Positions 9,737-22,803 of a stretch of 50,372 bases of DNA are shown in pieces. The notes under the pieces are model-generated. The model had not been told where the DNA came from, did not search any database, and saw only the letters and a list, made by a program, of their open reading frames with translations. A program made the position numbers and the translations under genes. This DNA is from an uncultured Nitrosomonas sp. (GTDB taxonomy: Bacteria > Pseudomonadota > Gammaproteobacteria > Burkholderiales > Nitrosomonadaceae): contig CAXBGL010000001.1 of the NCBI GenBank assembly GCA_963975255.1, positions 1-50,372 of the forward strand. Direction: 5' to 3'. How positions within the stretch are numbered: the stretch's first letter is position 1; each line of letters starts with the position of its first letter.

Positions 9737-11188
9737 TTATAGAAAACCAACATTAACTTGAAATAATTTCTCTACTTGTTGAATCATTTTCTTGTTGATC
9801 ACAAATAAAATAACATGATCATCTGGCTCAATTACCGTATCATGATGTGCAATAATCACTTGCGTATTAGCATCAGAAGTCGTTTTTTCTTTCTCCAACG
9901 CCTTGAAAATATTTTCACTTGCCCCACCATTAGATATTGGCAAGCCACGTACAATCGCGCCAATGGTAGCTCCCTTTGGTAGCTTAATATCTTCCACTTT
10001 TCGTCCTACCACATTTGATGATTTTGCATCGCCATGCGCTACCAGTTCTAACGCTTCAGCCGCACCACGCCGTAAACTATGCACCGCAGCCACATCGCCG
10101 TGCCGTACATACGCAAGCAACGAACCAATCGTAACCTGCGCGGGTGATATAGCAATATCAATACCACTACTTTGCACCAGATCCACATATGCACCACGAT
10201 TAATAAGTGTAACCACTTTGTGTGCGCCCATACGTTTGGCCAACAACGATGACATAAAGTTGTTTTCATCGTCGTTAGTGAGCGCACAAAACATATCCAT
10301 TTCTGCGACACTCTCACTTTCCAGCAAAGTCTCATCCGTAGCGTCACCATGCAGCACTAGCGTATTATGCAATTCTGCCGCCAAACGCTCACTGGCTTGT
10401 TGATTGTATTCGATAATTTTTACCTGATACTTTTTTTCCAGAGACACACCCAGCCGCTTACCAATTTTTCCACCGCCAGCAATCATCACACGTTTTACCG
10501 GCTTATCCATATCGCGTAGTTCACGCATGACAGCCCGAATATCTTCAGCGGCAGCAATAAAAAATACTTCATCTTCAGCTTCGATAATGGTGTCGCCTTC
10601 TGGAATAATAGAACGATCTTTACGGAATATTGCCGCTACACGTGTGTCAACATTGGGGACATGCTTGCGTAGCTCCTGGAGCTTCTGACCAACGAGCGGA
10701 CCGCCATAGAACGCGCGTACTGCAACCAGACTTACTTTGCCCGCCGCAAAATCGAGCACCTGCAACGCTTCAGGGAACTCAATCAGTTTTTCTATATATT
10801 CGGTTAGAATTTGCTCTGGACAAATTGCAAAATCCACACAAAAGTTTTCTGTGGAAAAAATCTCTGGTCGCGCCAGATATTCGGTAGATTGAATGCGCGC
10901 AATTTTAGTTGGGATATTAAACATCGTGGCAGCAAGCTTGCATGCCACTAAATTTGTTTCGTCATTCTCTGTTACGGCGAGAATCATATCGGCATCTTCA
11001 GCACCTGCTCCAACCAATACTGATGGATAAGAAGCATTACCCATCACTGTGCGTAAATCCAGACGATCCTGTAACACTGATAATCTATCTGAGGCAACAT
11101 CGACCACGGTTATATCATTGGCCTCACTTACCAGACTTTCTGCTACGGATGAGCCAACCCGACCCGCACCCAGAATGATGATCTTCAA
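9737..11188 (-). CDS. trkA: Trk potassium uptake NAD-binding subunit
   Basis: Two RCK domains with GAGRVG and GGGKIG; TTG start. Confidence 0.96.
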   Translation of the reverse strand: MKIIILGAGRVGSSVAESLVSEANDITVVDVASDRLSVLQDRLDLRTVMGNASYPSVLVGAGAEDADMILAVTENDETNLVACKLAATMFNIPTKIARIQSTEYLARPEIFSTENFCVDFAICPEQILTEYIEKLIEFPEALQVLDFAAGKVSLVAVRAFYGGPLVGQKLQELRKHVPNVDTRVAAIFRKDRSIIPEGDTIIEAEDEVFFIAAAEDIRAVMRELRDMDKPVKRVMIAGGGKIGKRLGVSLEKKYQVKIIEYNQQASERLAAELHNTLVLHGDATDETLLESESVAEMDMFCALTNDDENNFMSSLLAKRMGAHKVVTLINRGAYVDLVQSSGIDIAISPAQVTIGSLLAYVRHGDVAAVHSLRRGAAEALELVAHGDAKSSNVVGRKVEDIKLPKGATIGAIVRGLPISNGGASENIFKALEKEKTTSDANTQVIIAHHDTVIEPDDHVILFVINKKMIQQVEKLFQVNVGFL

Positions 11189-11250
11189 TTTAACTATCCA
11201 TCCTGTTATATCTTAGCACTATCCCATCTCATGAAGTTATCCGTATTTTT

Positions 11251-12033
11251 TTATGAATTTGCACGCACCCAATCCCGCCATTGAATAAACAAAGCTGGAT
11301 CAAGCGCAGCAATAACCGAACGTTGCCATGGCGAACCTCCCCAAAAATCATCCTGATTAAGTCCGCACATATGCCCACCCGCTTCTTCCAGAATTAAGCA
11401 ACCTGCAGCATAATCCCACGGCTTCTGCCCGCCATGTAAGTACAGGTCAAAATAACCAGCTGCCGTGTAGCACCATTCCAACGCGCTCGCTCCATAACTA
11501 CGTTGAGATGAGTAAGGCGGATTCGCCGCAATCTTTTCTGCCAATTTCCGATCCAGCCGCTTCAAATCGACATGCGCAATCGCACTAGATAATGTAGGCA
11601 CATACTTGTTAATCGGCAGAAAATTACCATTTAAATGAGCACCACAACCTTTCTTGGCATCAAACATTTCATTTGTAATGGGATTATAAACAACCCCTAA
11701 AATACTTTTACCCTGCTGCATCAGTGCCACAGAAATTGCAAAATAAGGCAACCCATTGAGAAAATTGGATGTACCATCAATTGGATCCACACTCCACAAA
11801 CCAACGTCACCTGTAGTCCATTGTTCCCGCTGCACCTGCTCAAGCATTTCCTCACCCATCTGGGCACAAGGATAAATCTTTTGCAACTCTCGCAACAAGA
11901 CTTCTTGTACGATAAGATCCGCTTCTGTAAAAAAACTACCGTCTGGTTTAAGCTGCCGCGCCACCTGCAAATAACGCGGCATGATTTCCTCCTGCGCAAC
12001 CTTCTTAACAACTGAAATTACTGCATCCAGCAT
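11251..12033 (-). CDS. Inositol monophosphatase family protein
   Basis: DPIDGTSNF and WDYAAG motifs. Confidence 0.92.
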   Translation of the reverse strand: MLDAVISVVKKVAQEEIMPRYLQVARQLKPDGSFFTEADLIVQEVLLRELQKIYPCAQMGEEMLEQVQREQWTTGDVGLWSVDPIDGTSNFLNGLPYFAISVALMQQGKSILGVVYNPITNEMFDAKKGCGAHLNGNFLPINKYVPTLSSAIAHVDLKRLDRKLAEKIAANPPYSSQRSYGASALEWCYTAAGYFDLYLHGGQKPWDYAAGCLILEEAGGHMCGLNQDDFWGGSPWQRSVIAALDPALFIQWRDWVRANS

Positions 12034-12035
12034 TT

Positions 12036-12593
12036 TTAACCTGCCCGCCACTTGATCGAGCAACCAATACTGGGAATTTGATCCACAGGTCCTTGCCCCG
12101 TTTTGGCAACTTGCAGCATACTCTCAAATAAATCACGTCGAACATCCACTGATGCTGCCTCTTTACGCGAAGCATCTAATCGCCCACGATATTGCAATTC
12201 CAGCTTGCTATTAAAGCCAAAAAAATCTGGCGTACACACTGCGCCATAAGCCTTAGCAACGGCTTGGATTTCATCCCAAACATAAGGAAAGGGAAAATCT
12301 AATTGCTTTGCAATCTGCCTCATATTTTCAAACGAATCTTCGGGATAATCATCAGGATCATTTGACATAACTGCGATTGTACCCACGCCGTGCTGCGTCA
12401 GTTCTTTTACATCACGAATCATACGATCTTGCACAGCCTTCACATAAGGACAGTGATTACAAATAAACATCACCAACAAACCACTCTCTCCGCTGGCAGA
12501 TGCGAGGTTATAGCGCTTACCATCAACGCCTAACAGATCAAAATCAATGGCTTTCCAGCCAAACTCACAAATTGGTGTTTCCAGACTCGCCAT
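12036..12593 (-). CDS. Thioredoxin/peroxiredoxin-like (AhpC/TSA-type) protein
   Basis: FICNHCPYV, CTPDFF, PSIGCSIKW; start at MASLETP after an SD-like AGGGAG. Confidence 0.9.
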   Translation of the reverse strand: MASLETPICEFGWKAIDFDLLGVDGKRYNLASASGESGLLVMFICNHCPYVKAVQDRMIRDVKELTQHGVGTIAVMSNDPDDYPEDSFENMRQIAKQLDFPFPYVWDEIQAVAKAYGAVCTPDFFGFNSKLELQYRGRLDASRKEAASVDVRRDLFESMLQVAKTGQGPVDQIPSIGCSIKWRAG

Positions 12594-12694
12594 ATTCTTT
12601 CTCTCCCTATTAGATAGTAGATAGCATTTCAAGCGTTTTATATTATCATGAGCACATTATTCGATATCATAAATTATTCGTCTCTAACCACATA

Positions 12695-13441
12695 ATGCCT
12701 CCCCGCTTTTATTACACAGAAGAGATAACTATAAATCAAGCTATAGAATTACCAATAGACGCCAGACATCATGCCACACGCGTTTTGCGACTAAGAACCG
12801 GCGATATTGTCACGCTGTTTAATGGCAAAGGTGGTGAATTCTCGGCACAAATCGCACACATTACCAAATCAAATACGACTGTTTTAATAAACAAGCATTA
12901 TGCTATTGAGCGTGAATCACCGCTTATCATCGAACTCGCTCAAGCTATATGCATTAATGAAAAAATGGATTGGATCATACAAAAATCTGTAGAAGTGGGT
13001 GTAACATATATCCAACCCATTATTACAGACCGAAGTGTAGTACGCCTTTCCAACGAACGCGCATTTAAACGCTTGCAACATTGGCAAAAGATAGTAATTT
13101 CAGCCTGCGAACAATGTGGCCGTAATCATTTGCCACAGGTATTACCTTTAATATCATTAACGGATTGGTTGCATATAAAAAACTTGGATGATGCATCACA
13201 CAACTCATGCTTTATGCTCTCACCCTCAGCAACAGAGCGCCTAAAATATTTTCCTACTCCCCCTTCTAATACCCGCCTAACAGTAGTTGTTGGTCCAGAA
13301 GGTGGCTTTACACCGGAAGAAGAAAAAAACATCCTGCGCACTGGATTTACGCCACTCTGCCTGGGAAAACGTATACTTCGGACAGAAAGTGCTGCACTGG
13401 CAACCATTGCAGCAATGCAAACACTATGGGGCGATTATTGA
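12695..13441 (+). CDS. rsmE: 16S rRNA m3U1498 methyltransferase
   Basis: HHATRVLR, ACEQCGR, VGPEGGF, LGKRILRTESA. Confidence 0.97.
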   Translation: MPPRFYYTEEITINQAIELPIDARHHATRVLRLRTGDIVTLFNGKGGEFSAQIAHITKSNTTVLINKHYAIERESPLIIELAQAICINEKMDWIIQKSVEVGVTYIQPIITDRSVVRLSNERAFKRLQHWQKIVISACEQCGRNHLPQVLPLISLTDWLHIKNLDDASHNSCFMLSPSATERLKYFPTPPSNTRLTVVVGPEGGFTPEEEKNILRTGFTPLCLGKRILRTESAALATIAAMQTLWGDY

Positions 13442-13494
13442 TATGACCCTTCATTACCCAAATACAAAACTGATTTTATTGCTTTACTTAAAAA

Positions 13495-14817
13495 ATGAAT
13501 TTTAATACTGACTTTGTTACTTGGTTCCGCTCGGTTGCACCCTATGTCAACACGTTTCGAGGCAAAACTTTTGTTATTGCTTTTAGTGAGGAGATGATAG
13601 ACAACGAGAAATTCGTAGATTTCATTCATGATATCAATTTATTAGCTAGCCTTGGTGTCAGGCTAGTTCTAGTACATGGTGCAGATCCACAAATTGAATC
13701 GCAACTAGATGGGCGTAAACTAAAAACCAAATTTGTTAAGGGTGTCCGTGTTATTGATCCAGACATGCTTCATTGTGTGAAGGAGTCTGTAGGCCGGGTT
13801 CATCTTGAAATAGAAGCACTACTATCCATGGGACTGCCTAATTCACCCATGGCTAACTCTTCCATACAAGTAACCAGTGGCAACTTCATTACAGCTTGTC
13901 CGATTGGTGTGATTGACGGCATTGATCACATGCATATGGGAAAAGTGCGCAAAATAAACGCAATTGGCATTAACTTGCGTCTAGAGCAAGGTGATGTAAT
14001 TCTCATTTCCCCACTGGGATATTCTCCAACTGGAGAGATATTTAATCTAACTCAGGAAGACACAGCAACCGAAGTGGCCATCGCTCTTCATGCAGAAAAA
14101 TTAATTTTTTTATCCGACACACCTACAGAAGAGAACTTTTCCGACAAGCAAGAAACACTTCCCCACGAATTGACCGTTGCTGAAAGTAAAGCATTACTCA
14201 AGAAAGCCACAAAGCTCTCAGACGAAATTAAACAACTCTTACTTTGTGCAATAAAAGCTTGTGAAACTAACGTAGCCCGTACGCACCTCGTCAGCCGTCA
14301 TATAGACGGTGCGATTTTGCAAGAATTATTCACCCACAATGGTATCGGCAGCATGGTATCGCAAGAACCGTTACAGTTATTGAGAATCGCAAGAATAGAA
14401 GATATTGGGGGCATTCTGCAAATAATCGAACCACTTGAAGCTGAAGGTGTGCTCGTAAGACGCAACCGTGAACTACTGGAAATAGAAATAGATCGATTCT
14501 TTGTACTTGAACACGATAGCATGATTATTGGCTGTGCGGCACTGTACCCCTTTTCTGATGAACAGGCATGTGAACTCGCATGCTTAGCAATACACCCTGA
14601 TTACCGTGATTCCGGTCACGGGAATACACTACTCAAACATATTGAAGCCAAGGCCATCAGCCAAGGGAATAATAAATTATTTGTACTCACTACTCGTGCA
14701 ACACACTGGTTTGTCGAGCACGGTTATCTTGAGACCACACTGTTAACGCTACCAAAAGTGAAACAGGGATTATACAATTACCAACGCCGTTCGAAAGCAT
14801 TTATAAAAGATTTATGA
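13495..14817 (+). CDS. argA: Amino-acid N-acetyltransferase (N-acetylglutamate synthase)
   Basis: WFRSVAPYVNTFRGKTFVI, kinase-like domain plus GNAT domain, YNYQRRSK. Confidence 0.97.
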   Translation: MNFNTDFVTWFRSVAPYVNTFRGKTFVIAFSEEMIDNEKFVDFIHDINLLASLGVRLVLVHGADPQIESQLDGRKLKTKFVKGVRVIDPDMLHCVKESVGRVHLEIEALLSMGLPNSPMANSSIQVTSGNFITACPIGVIDGIDHMHMGKVRKINAIGINLRLEQGDVILISPLGYSPTGEIFNLTQEDTATEVAIALHAEKLIFLSDTPTEENFSDKQETLPHELTVAESKALLKKATKLSDEIKQLLLCAIKACETNVARTHLVSRHIDGAILQELFTHNGIGSMVSQEPLQLLRIARIEDIGGILQIIEPLEAEGVLVRRNRELLEIEIDRFFVLEHDSMIIGCAALYPFSDEQACELACLAIHPDYRDSGHGNTLLKHIEAKAISQGNNKLFVLTTRATHWFVEHGYLETTLLTLPKVKQGLYNYQRRSKAFIKDL

Positions 14818-14875
14818 ATTAATCTCATATCTAAAACTTGTTGTGACGCAATACGTACACAACCCTAATAAACAA

Positions 14876-14895
14876 CCCCGTGCAAGACCACGGGG
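14876..14895 (+). terminator. Hairpin after argA
   Basis: CCCCGTG / CACGGGG stem; no good U tail on the plus strand. Confidence 0.35.
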
Positions 14896-15132
14896 AATCG
14901 CTAGTTCAAATATGTATACATCAAAATCCAGGTTTCTATAAAACCAACTCTATTTTGTAGCATGTTAACTGAACTGTAATGCTTTACCCTGTAAAACTGA
15001 AAACATCTATTCAGATTACCTCCCATCCTCTTTTCACCTGATTGTTCACATTCGCCATTATAAGGTTTACTTGGCCAATTGAAAACGCCATAATTGTGCT
15101 TAACCTCGTTTTATTTATTTGGAGAAGTTTTA

Positions 15133-15405
15133 ATGGTAAGAATGGTTAATTGCATCAAACTTGGGCGTGAAGCGGAAGGACTTGATTTCCAAATTTACCC
15201 AGGTGAGTTGGGTAAACGAATTTTTGATAATGTATCAAAAGAGGCTTGGGGTGATTGGATTAAACATCAAACTATGCTTGTTAATGAAAACCGTTTAAAT
15301 CTGTCAGACATCAAGGCCCGTCAATTTCTCGCCACTCAATTGGAAGCTCATTTCTTTGGTTCTGGAGCAGAACAACCTATGGGTTATGTTCCCCCAGAAA
15401 AATAA
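15133..15405 (+). CDS. yggX: Fe(II)-trafficking / oxidative damage protection protein
   Basis: [32 protein letters not shown]; ATG 15133 after GGAG. Confidence 0.95.
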   Translation: MVRMVNCIKLGREAEGLDFQIYPGELGKRIFDNVSKEAWGDWIKHQTMLVNENRLNLSDIKARQFLATQLEAHFFGSGAEQPMGYVPPEK

Positions 15406-15549
15406 GCTTGACACGGGGAAAAAAATTCCAGCAACTAATTCAATAGTCACGTTAATAGCGTAGGATTTTGCAAATTGCGAGCCAGATGACCTGAATGTAT
15501 GATTGACAAGGCACTGCACCTCATCAATCATACATTTCAGACTGCTAAT

Positions 15550-16614
15550 TTACTTAACGACTGCTTTTAATTCCCCTTTCGCATACCTGGCTGTCATATT
15601 ATCTAACATAATTGGCTTGATTTTCGCAGCCTGTCCCGCACAACCAAATGCTTCAAAACGAGCCTTACAAACATCCTTGGCTGCTACAGTAGCTTCTTGA
15701 AGAAATTTGCGTGGGTCAAAGTTACTTTTGTTATGATCCAGATGACGACGAATCGCACCTGTCATGGCAAGACGAATATCGGTATCAATATTCACTTTCC
15801 GTACCCCATTTTTTATACCCTCTTGAATCTCTTCAACAGGTACGCCATAGGTCTCTTTCATATCGCCACCATATTGACGAATAATTTCGAGCCATTCTTG
15901 TGGTACAGAACTGGAGCCATGCATAACTAAATGCGTGTTGGGAATACGTTTATGAATTTCCTTGATTCGCTCTATGGCTAAAATATCGCCTGTCGGCTTA
16001 CGCGTAAACTTATAAGCACCGTGCGACGTTCCAATCGCAATCGCCAAAGCGTCTACCCCAGTCTTTCTAACAAAATCAGCAGCCTCTTCTGGATCCGTTA
16101 ACAACTGATCATGGGATAGCTTACCTTCAGCCCCATGACCATCCTCTGCCTCGCCCATTCCCGATTCCAGTGATCCTAAGCAACCTAATTCACCTTCAAC
16201 AGAAACACCGACAGAATGTGCGATCGCAACAACTTCAGCCGTCACATTGACATTGTATTCATAAGATGAGGGTGTCTTAGCATCTGCTTCTAGTGAGCCA
16301 TCCATCATAACGCTTGAAAATCCACTACGAATGGCATTAATACAAATTGCTGGAGATGCGCCATGATCTTGGTGCATCACAATAGGAATATGCGGATAGG
16401 CTTCAACTGCTGCGGCAATTAGATGACGCAAGAAAGATTCTCCTGCATACTTACGTGCGCCTGCAGAACCCTGCATAATCACGGGGCTGTCGCATTCGTC
16501 AGCTGCCTGCATGATGGCAAGAATTTGCTCTAGATTATTGACATTAAAAGCAGGCAAACCATAATCGTTTTCTGCTGCATGATCCAAAAGTTGTCGTAAT
16601 GATACAAGGGCCAT
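15550..16614 (-). CDS. fba: Fructose-bisphosphate aldolase class II (Calvin-cycle subtype)
   Basis: [34 protein letters not shown]. Confidence 0.98.
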   Translation of the reverse strand: MALVSLRQLLDHAAENDYGLPAFNVNNLEQILAIMQAADECDSPVIMQGSAGARKYAGESFLRHLIAAAVEAYPHIPIVMHQDHGASPAICINAIRSGFSSVMMDGSLEADAKTPSSYEYNVNVTAEVVAIAHSVGVSVEGELGCLGSLESGMGEAEDGHGAEGKLSHDQLLTDPEEAADFVRKTGVDALAIAIGTSHGAYKFTRKPTGDILAIERIKEIHKRIPNTHLVMHGSSSVPQEWLEIIRQYGGDMKETYGVPVEEIQEGIKNGVRKVNIDTDIRLAMTGAIRRHLDHNKSNFDPRKFLQEATVAAKDVCKARFEAFGCAGQAAKIKPIMLDNMTARYAKGELKAVVK

Positions 16615-16775
16615 TTAAGTCTCCTCAAAAAAAATCTTAGTTCTCTTAAGTCCGTAGTTTATGAATAGCAAATTAGTGACAATGATACATATACGCTACT
16701 ACCTGTAACTTTCAACAGGCACTATACGGACGTGTAACCCATCGGGTTATTTACTCACATCGCATCAATATTTTG

Positions 16776-18206
16776 TTACTTCTTGCATCCTCCCACTTTA
16801 ATTATTTTCATGGTATTGGTTCCACCTGCCTTACCAACTGGCTCGCCAATAGTCATAATCATAAGGTCGCTATTTCGTACTGCACCTCGCTTGAGCAACT
16901 CATCTTCAGCAAGACTCATGATTTCCTCAGGATCACATACCCCTTCACCAAATTCTACTGGATAAACACCGCGAAATAGAGTCATTTTCCGTCGCGTGTC
17001 CTCCTGAGGACTGAGTGCAAATATAGGCACTTTGGAACTTCTTCGCGACATTAATAACGCGGTGACACCACTGTGCGTCAATGCAGCGATTGCGCGAATT
17101 TGCAAACCACTGGCTGTATACATCGTTGCACGGGCTATGGCTTCTTCAATAGTAGCAGGGTGGAGCGATGGCATACGCCTATCGTGATTCACCATATATT
17201 CCTTTTCTGCCTCCAGGCAGACTCTAGCCATAGCTTCTACTGCTTCGACAGGATATTCTCCCGCAGCTGATTCAGCTGACAGCATCACTGCATCAGTACC
17301 ATCCAGTACTGCATTAGCGACATCAGACACCTCTGCACGCGTTGGAATTGGACTTTTAATCATTGATTCCATCATCTGGGTTGCAGTGACTACTAACTTA
17401 TTTCTAGCTCGTGCAGTGCGTATCATTCTTTTTTGCAAAGCGGGTACAGCGGCATCACCAACTTCAACTGCCAAATCGCCACGTGCCACCATGATAGCAT
17501 CTGACGCCTCAAGAATATCATCCAATGCAAGAATCGCTTCAGAACGTTCAATCTTTGCCATGATCATACTTTTGCCACCAGCTTCTGCCATTAGCTCACG
17601 CGCTTGCCGAACATCTGCACCAGAGCGAACAAAAGATACTGCCAAATAATCTGCTTTAAATTCCGCGGCAGTTTTAATGTCTTCGATATCTTTGCTTGTC
17701 AATGCAGGGGCACCCAACCCCCCCCCTTTACGATTAATACCTTTATTGTTGGATAAGATACCGCCCTGCTCTACCACACAAAATACTTGGTGCCCCCTAA
17801 CCATTGATACGCCTAACACAATACGACCATCGTCCAGCATCAACGTTGCGCCAGTTTCTAAATCGTGCGGCAATTCTTTATAATCTAATCCCACCCTTTC
17901 CTGGTTGCCCAGTTCACACTCAGCATCGAGAATAAATTTATCCCCGACCTCCAATTTTATTTTTCCTTGTTCGAATTTTCCTACACGAATCTTGGGGCCT
18001 TGTAGATCAGCTAGCACACCGACTGCATAACCAGCGGAACGTGCTAATGACCGTGTCAATTGAGCATACTCTATATGCTCTTTGCGCGTGCCATGGGAAA
18101 AATTAATCCGAACAACATCTACGCCAGCTTGAATGATACTTTCTAGAACCTTTGGGTCACCACAAGCAGGACCCAGTGTTGCAACAATTTTTGTTCTTCG
18201 AATCAT
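16776..18206 (-). CDS. pyk: Pyruvate kinase
   Basis: RRTKIVATLGP, DLQGPKIR, MVARGDL, ATQMMESM, PTRAEVSDV. Confidence 0.98.
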   Translation of the reverse strand: MIRRTKIVATLGPACGDPKVLESIIQAGVDVVRINFSHGTRKEHIEYAQLTRSLARSAGYAVGVLADLQGPKIRVGKFEQGKIKLEVGDKFILDAECELGNQERVGLDYKELPHDLETGATLMLDDGRIVLGVSMVRGHQVFCVVEQGGILSNNKGINRKGGGLGAPALTSKDIEDIKTAAEFKADYLAVSFVRSGADVRQARELMAEAGGKSMIMAKIERSEAILALDDILEASDAIMVARGDLAVEVGDAAVPALQKRMIRTARARNKLVVTATQMMESMIKSPIPTRAEVSDVANAVLDGTDAVMLSAESAAGEYPVEAVEAMARVCLEAEKEYMVNHDRRMPSLHPATIEEAIARATMYTASGLQIRAIAALTHSGVTALLMSRRSSKVPIFALSPQEDTRRKMTLFRGVYPVEFGEGVCDPEEIMSLAEDELLKRGAVRNSDLMIMTIGEPVGKAGGTNTMKIIKVGGCKK

Positions 18207-18216
18207 TATATTTATT

Positions 18217-19398
18217 CTATCTGTTTGCGCGCATTTCTAATATTTCGACTGCTGGTAATTTCTTACCCTCTAAGAATTCAAGGAATGCACCGCCTGCTGT
18301 CGAAATATACGATACTTTATTATATATATCATATTTCTGTATGGCTGCAATCGTATCACCACCGCCTGCCAGCGTGAAGGCATTGGTGTTAGCAATTGCC
18401 ATTGCAACCGTTTTGGTTCCAGCACCAAACTGATCAAATTCAAATACACCTACCGGGCCATTCCAAACGACAGTGCCTGCTTGCATAATAATATCAGCCA
18501 ACTCCTGCGCACTCTTTGGCCCAATATCAAAAATCATTTCATCATCATTAACCGCATCCGCATCTTTCAGTACTGCAGGCTCATTGGCATCAAACTTTTT
18601 CCCAACCACAACATCTACAGCAATCGGAATTGAGGCATTGCGTTTCGCCATCTTATCCATCAACAATTTTGCCGTAGGTATCAAATCATCCTCACATAAG
18701 GATTTCCCCACATTATTCCCAGCAGCCTTCAGGAAGGTATTAGCAATACCGCCACCCACCACAAGTTGATCAACCTTTTCAGAAAGCGATTCGAGCACTG
18801 TGAGTTTGGTAGAAACTTTAGAACCGCCAACAATAGCAACCATCGGAAGTGCAGGACTCAGTAGCGCTTTAGTTAAGGCTTTCAGTTCCTCTGTAAGCAA
18901 AATACCTGCACAAGCTACTGGTGCATACTTAGCAATACCATGTGTTGATGCCTGAGCGCGGTGAGCTGTGCCGAATGCATCCATAACAAAGATATCGCAT
19001 AATTTGGCATATTTCTGGGCCGTTTCTTCAGAGTTATTCTTCTCGCCCTTATTAATACGGCAATTTTCCAGTACGACTAATTCTCCTTCTGCAACTTCAA
19101 AACCACCTTCTACCCATTCTTTGATTAAGCGCACAGGTTTATTCAGACGAGCAGCAATATTGTCTGCAACAGGTTTAAGTGAATTTTCTTCGCTCCAAGA
19201 ACCTTCCTCTGGGCGCCCTAAATGAGAAGTCACCATCACTTTAGCACCTTGTTTCAAGCAATGGTTAATAGTTGCCATTGAGGCTGTAATACGTGCATCT
19301 GAGGTGACTTCACCATCCTTTACAGGCACATTAAGATCAGCACGAATAAAAACGCGTTTACCCTTAAGATCGAGGTCGACTAGCTTGATAACAGACAC
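18217..19398 (-). CDS. pgk: Phosphoglycerate kinase
   Basis: [39 protein letters not shown]; GTG start 19398 after GGAG. Confidence 0.98.
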   Translation of the reverse strand: MSVIKLVDLDLKGKRVFIRADLNVPVKDGEVTSDARITASMATINHCLKQGAKVMVTSHLGRPEEGSWSEENSLKPVADNIAARLNKPVRLIKEWVEGGFEVAEGELVVLENCRINKGEKNNSEETAQKYAKLCDIFVMDAFGTAHRAQASTHGIAKYAPVACAGILLTEELKALTKALLSPALPMVAIVGGSKVSTKLTVLESLSEKVDQLVVGGGIANTFLKAAGNNVGKSLCEDDLIPTAKLLMDKMAKRNASIPIAVDVVVGKKFDANEPAVLKDADAVNDDEMIFDIGPKSAQELADIIMQAGTVVWNGPVGVFEFDQFGAGTKTVAMAIANTNAFTLAGGGDTIAAIQKYDIYNKVSYISTAGGAFLEFLEGKKLPAVEILEMRANR

Positions 19399-19555
19399 GA
19401 CATACTCCAAAAATTGTCTAAACAAATGTATAAAGGATAGCAATTGCTACCCTTTATGTCTCAATTAGTAGGCAGAAAATGAATTGAGAGACGACGCAGA
19501 TAATTTATTAACAACCCTGCATCATCTGCCTACACTCCAACTCATCACCATAAAA

Positions 19556-20566
<1,011 letters not shown>

Positions 20567-20622
20567 TTAAAAATATATTGTTTTTGTGAAGAAAACTTGC
20601 CTCTCCATGCTACTTTAATCAA

Positions 20623-22638
20623 TTAGAGGATGTCCTTTACCGTCTTGACTACATTCTCAACAGTAAAACCAAAATGCTTAAATAACACATCAGCAGGTGC
20701 TGATTCACCGAAACTATCGATACCAACTACAGCACCTTCTAATCCCACATATTTCCGCCAAAAATCTGTTACACCCGCTTCTATAGCAACACGTTTCACA
20801 TCCTTCAACAACACACTTTCTTTGTAAGAGTGATCCTGACGATCATACAAATTGGTACAAGGCATTGAAACCACACGCACATGAATACCTGTTTCAGCCA
20901 ATGTTTTTTGTGCATCCATCGCTAACCCAACTTCTGAACCTGTAGCAATTAAGATGGCTTGCGGCTTACCGTCGCCTGCTTCTGATAAAACATAGCCACC
21001 TTTATCAATCTGCTTAATCGTAGCAGCATCTCGCTTTTGGAATGGCAAGTTTTGCCGACTAAATATCAACGTCGAAGGTCCATCCTTACGCTCAATGGAG
21101 CGTGCCCATGAAACAGTTGACTCGACTGTGTCGCATGGTCGCCAAACATCCATATTAGGGATTAAACGCAAGGTTGCAGTCTGTTCAACAGGCTGGTGTG
21201 TCGGCCCATCTTCACCCAATCCAATAGAATCATGCGTAAATACGAAGAGATTACGTATCTTCATTAATGCGGCCATACGCAGGGCATTACGCGAATATTC
21301 CGAGAACATCAGGAACGTAGCACCATAAGGAATCAGTCCACCATGCAAAGACAATCCATTCATCATAGCGCTCATACCAAATTCACGAACACCGTAATAA
21401 ACATAATTACCACCCGTTTCCTTGTTAACATCTTTCGAACCAGACCATAGGGTAAGATTAGACCCAGCCAAATCAGCGGAACCCCCAATTAACTCAGGCA
21501 ATACAGGCGCTAAACTTTCGATTGTATTCTGCGAAGCTTTACGACTTGCAATGGTTTCTTCCTTTGCATTAATCTGGTTAACTACACTTTCCACATGGCT
21601 TTGCCAATTAGCCGGTAGATCACCGGCCATACGACGTGTAAATTCAGCTGCTTCGGCAGAGTATTTCTTTGTGTATTCAGAAAAAAGTTGATTCCATTCA
21701 TTTTCAAGTTTCTGACCCTTTGAACGGGCATCCCAAACATCATAAACTTCTTTGGGAATTTCAAATGGGGCATGATTCCAGCCAATATGGGGACGACAGG
21801 CAGCAATTTCTTCATCTCCTAATGCAGCGCCATGTACCGAGCCTGTATTAGCCTTATTAGGTGATCCCATGCCAATCACAGTCTTACAACAAATCATGGT
21901 CGGCTTACCGTCAACTTTTTTGGCTGCTTCAATTGCAGCTTCTATAGCTTCTGGATCGTGACCATTTACGTTTGGCACTACATGCCAACCATAAGCCTCG
22001 AATCGTTTAGGGGTGTCATCAGTAAACCATCCCTCTACATGACCATCAATAGAGATACCATTATCATCATAGAAACAGATTAATTTGCCTAAACCTAATG
22101 TACCTGCTAACGAGCAAGCTTCATGAGAAATACCTTCCATCAAACAACCGTCACCCAGAAAAACATATGTATTATGATCAACAATATCAAAACTAGGACG
22201 ATTGAATTCTGCAGCCAACACTTTCTCTGCCAGCGCCATGCCCACTGCATTGGTAAGGCCCTGACCTAATGGGCCTGTAGTGGTTTCCACACCCGGCGTA
22301 TAACCATACTCTGGATGACCCGGTGTTTTAGAATCAAATTGCCGGAAACGCTTAATCTCTTCCATCGGCAGATCATAACCAGTAAGGTGCAACAGCGCAT
22401 AGATCAACATAGACCCATGCCCATTTGAAAGCACGAATCGATCTCGATCAGCCCATTCAGGATTGTTGGGATTATGGCGCATGTGATGAATCCACAATAC
22501 TTCAGCAATTTCTGCCATGCCCATTGGCATACCTGGGTGACCAGAATTGGCTTTTTGTACGGCATCCATTGCTAACGCACGAATCGCACTGGTTAAGTCC
22601 TTAAATACCGGCGCGTTAAAATCCTTGAATGTACCCAT
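20623..22638 (-). CDS. tkt: Transketolase
   Basis: [33 protein letters not shown]; ATG 22638 after AGGGAG. Confidence 0.98.
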   Translation of the reverse strand: MGTFKDFNAPVFKDLTSAIRALAMDAVQKANSGHPGMPMGMAEIAEVLWIHHMRHNPNNPEWADRDRFVLSNGHGSMLIYALLHLTGYDLPMEEIKRFRQFDSKTPGHPEYGYTPGVETTTGPLGQGLTNAVGMALAEKVLAAEFNRPSFDIVDHNTYVFLGDGCLMEGISHEACSLAGTLGLGKLICFYDDNGISIDGHVEGWFTDDTPKRFEAYGWHVVPNVNGHDPEAIEAAIEAAKKVDGKPTMICCKTVIGMGSPNKANTGSVHGAALGDEEIAACRPHIGWNHAPFEIPKEVYDVWDARSKGQKLENEWNQLFSEYTKKYSAEAAEFTRRMAGDLPANWQSHVESVVNQINAKEETIASRKASQNTIESLAPVLPELIGGSADLAGSNLTLWSGSKDVNKETGGNYVYYGVREFGMSAMMNGLSLHGGLIPYGATFLMFSEYSRNALRMAALMKIRNLFVFTHDSIGLGEDGPTHQPVEQTATLRLIPNMDVWRPCDTVESTVSWARSIERKDGPSTLIFSRQNLPFQKRDAATIKQIDKGGYVLSEAGDGKPQAILIATGSEVGLAMDAQKTLAETGIHVRVVSMPCTNLYDRQDHSYKESVLLKDVKRVAIEAGVTDFWRKYVGLEGAVVGIDSFGESAPADVLFKHFGFTVENVVKTVKDIL

Positions 22639-22803
22639 TGACACTAACTCCCTTATATTCAAAACAGCCCATCTCCTGCATCTCGTGACACTACAGACCG
22701 GCAAAAAGGCGCTATTATCCCTTAAGATAAGATGTCCGACAACTCCAAGTCTTCGTTTTCACTTATAACCAATACTGGAGCCACCATTGATTTCCTTCTA
22801 AAA

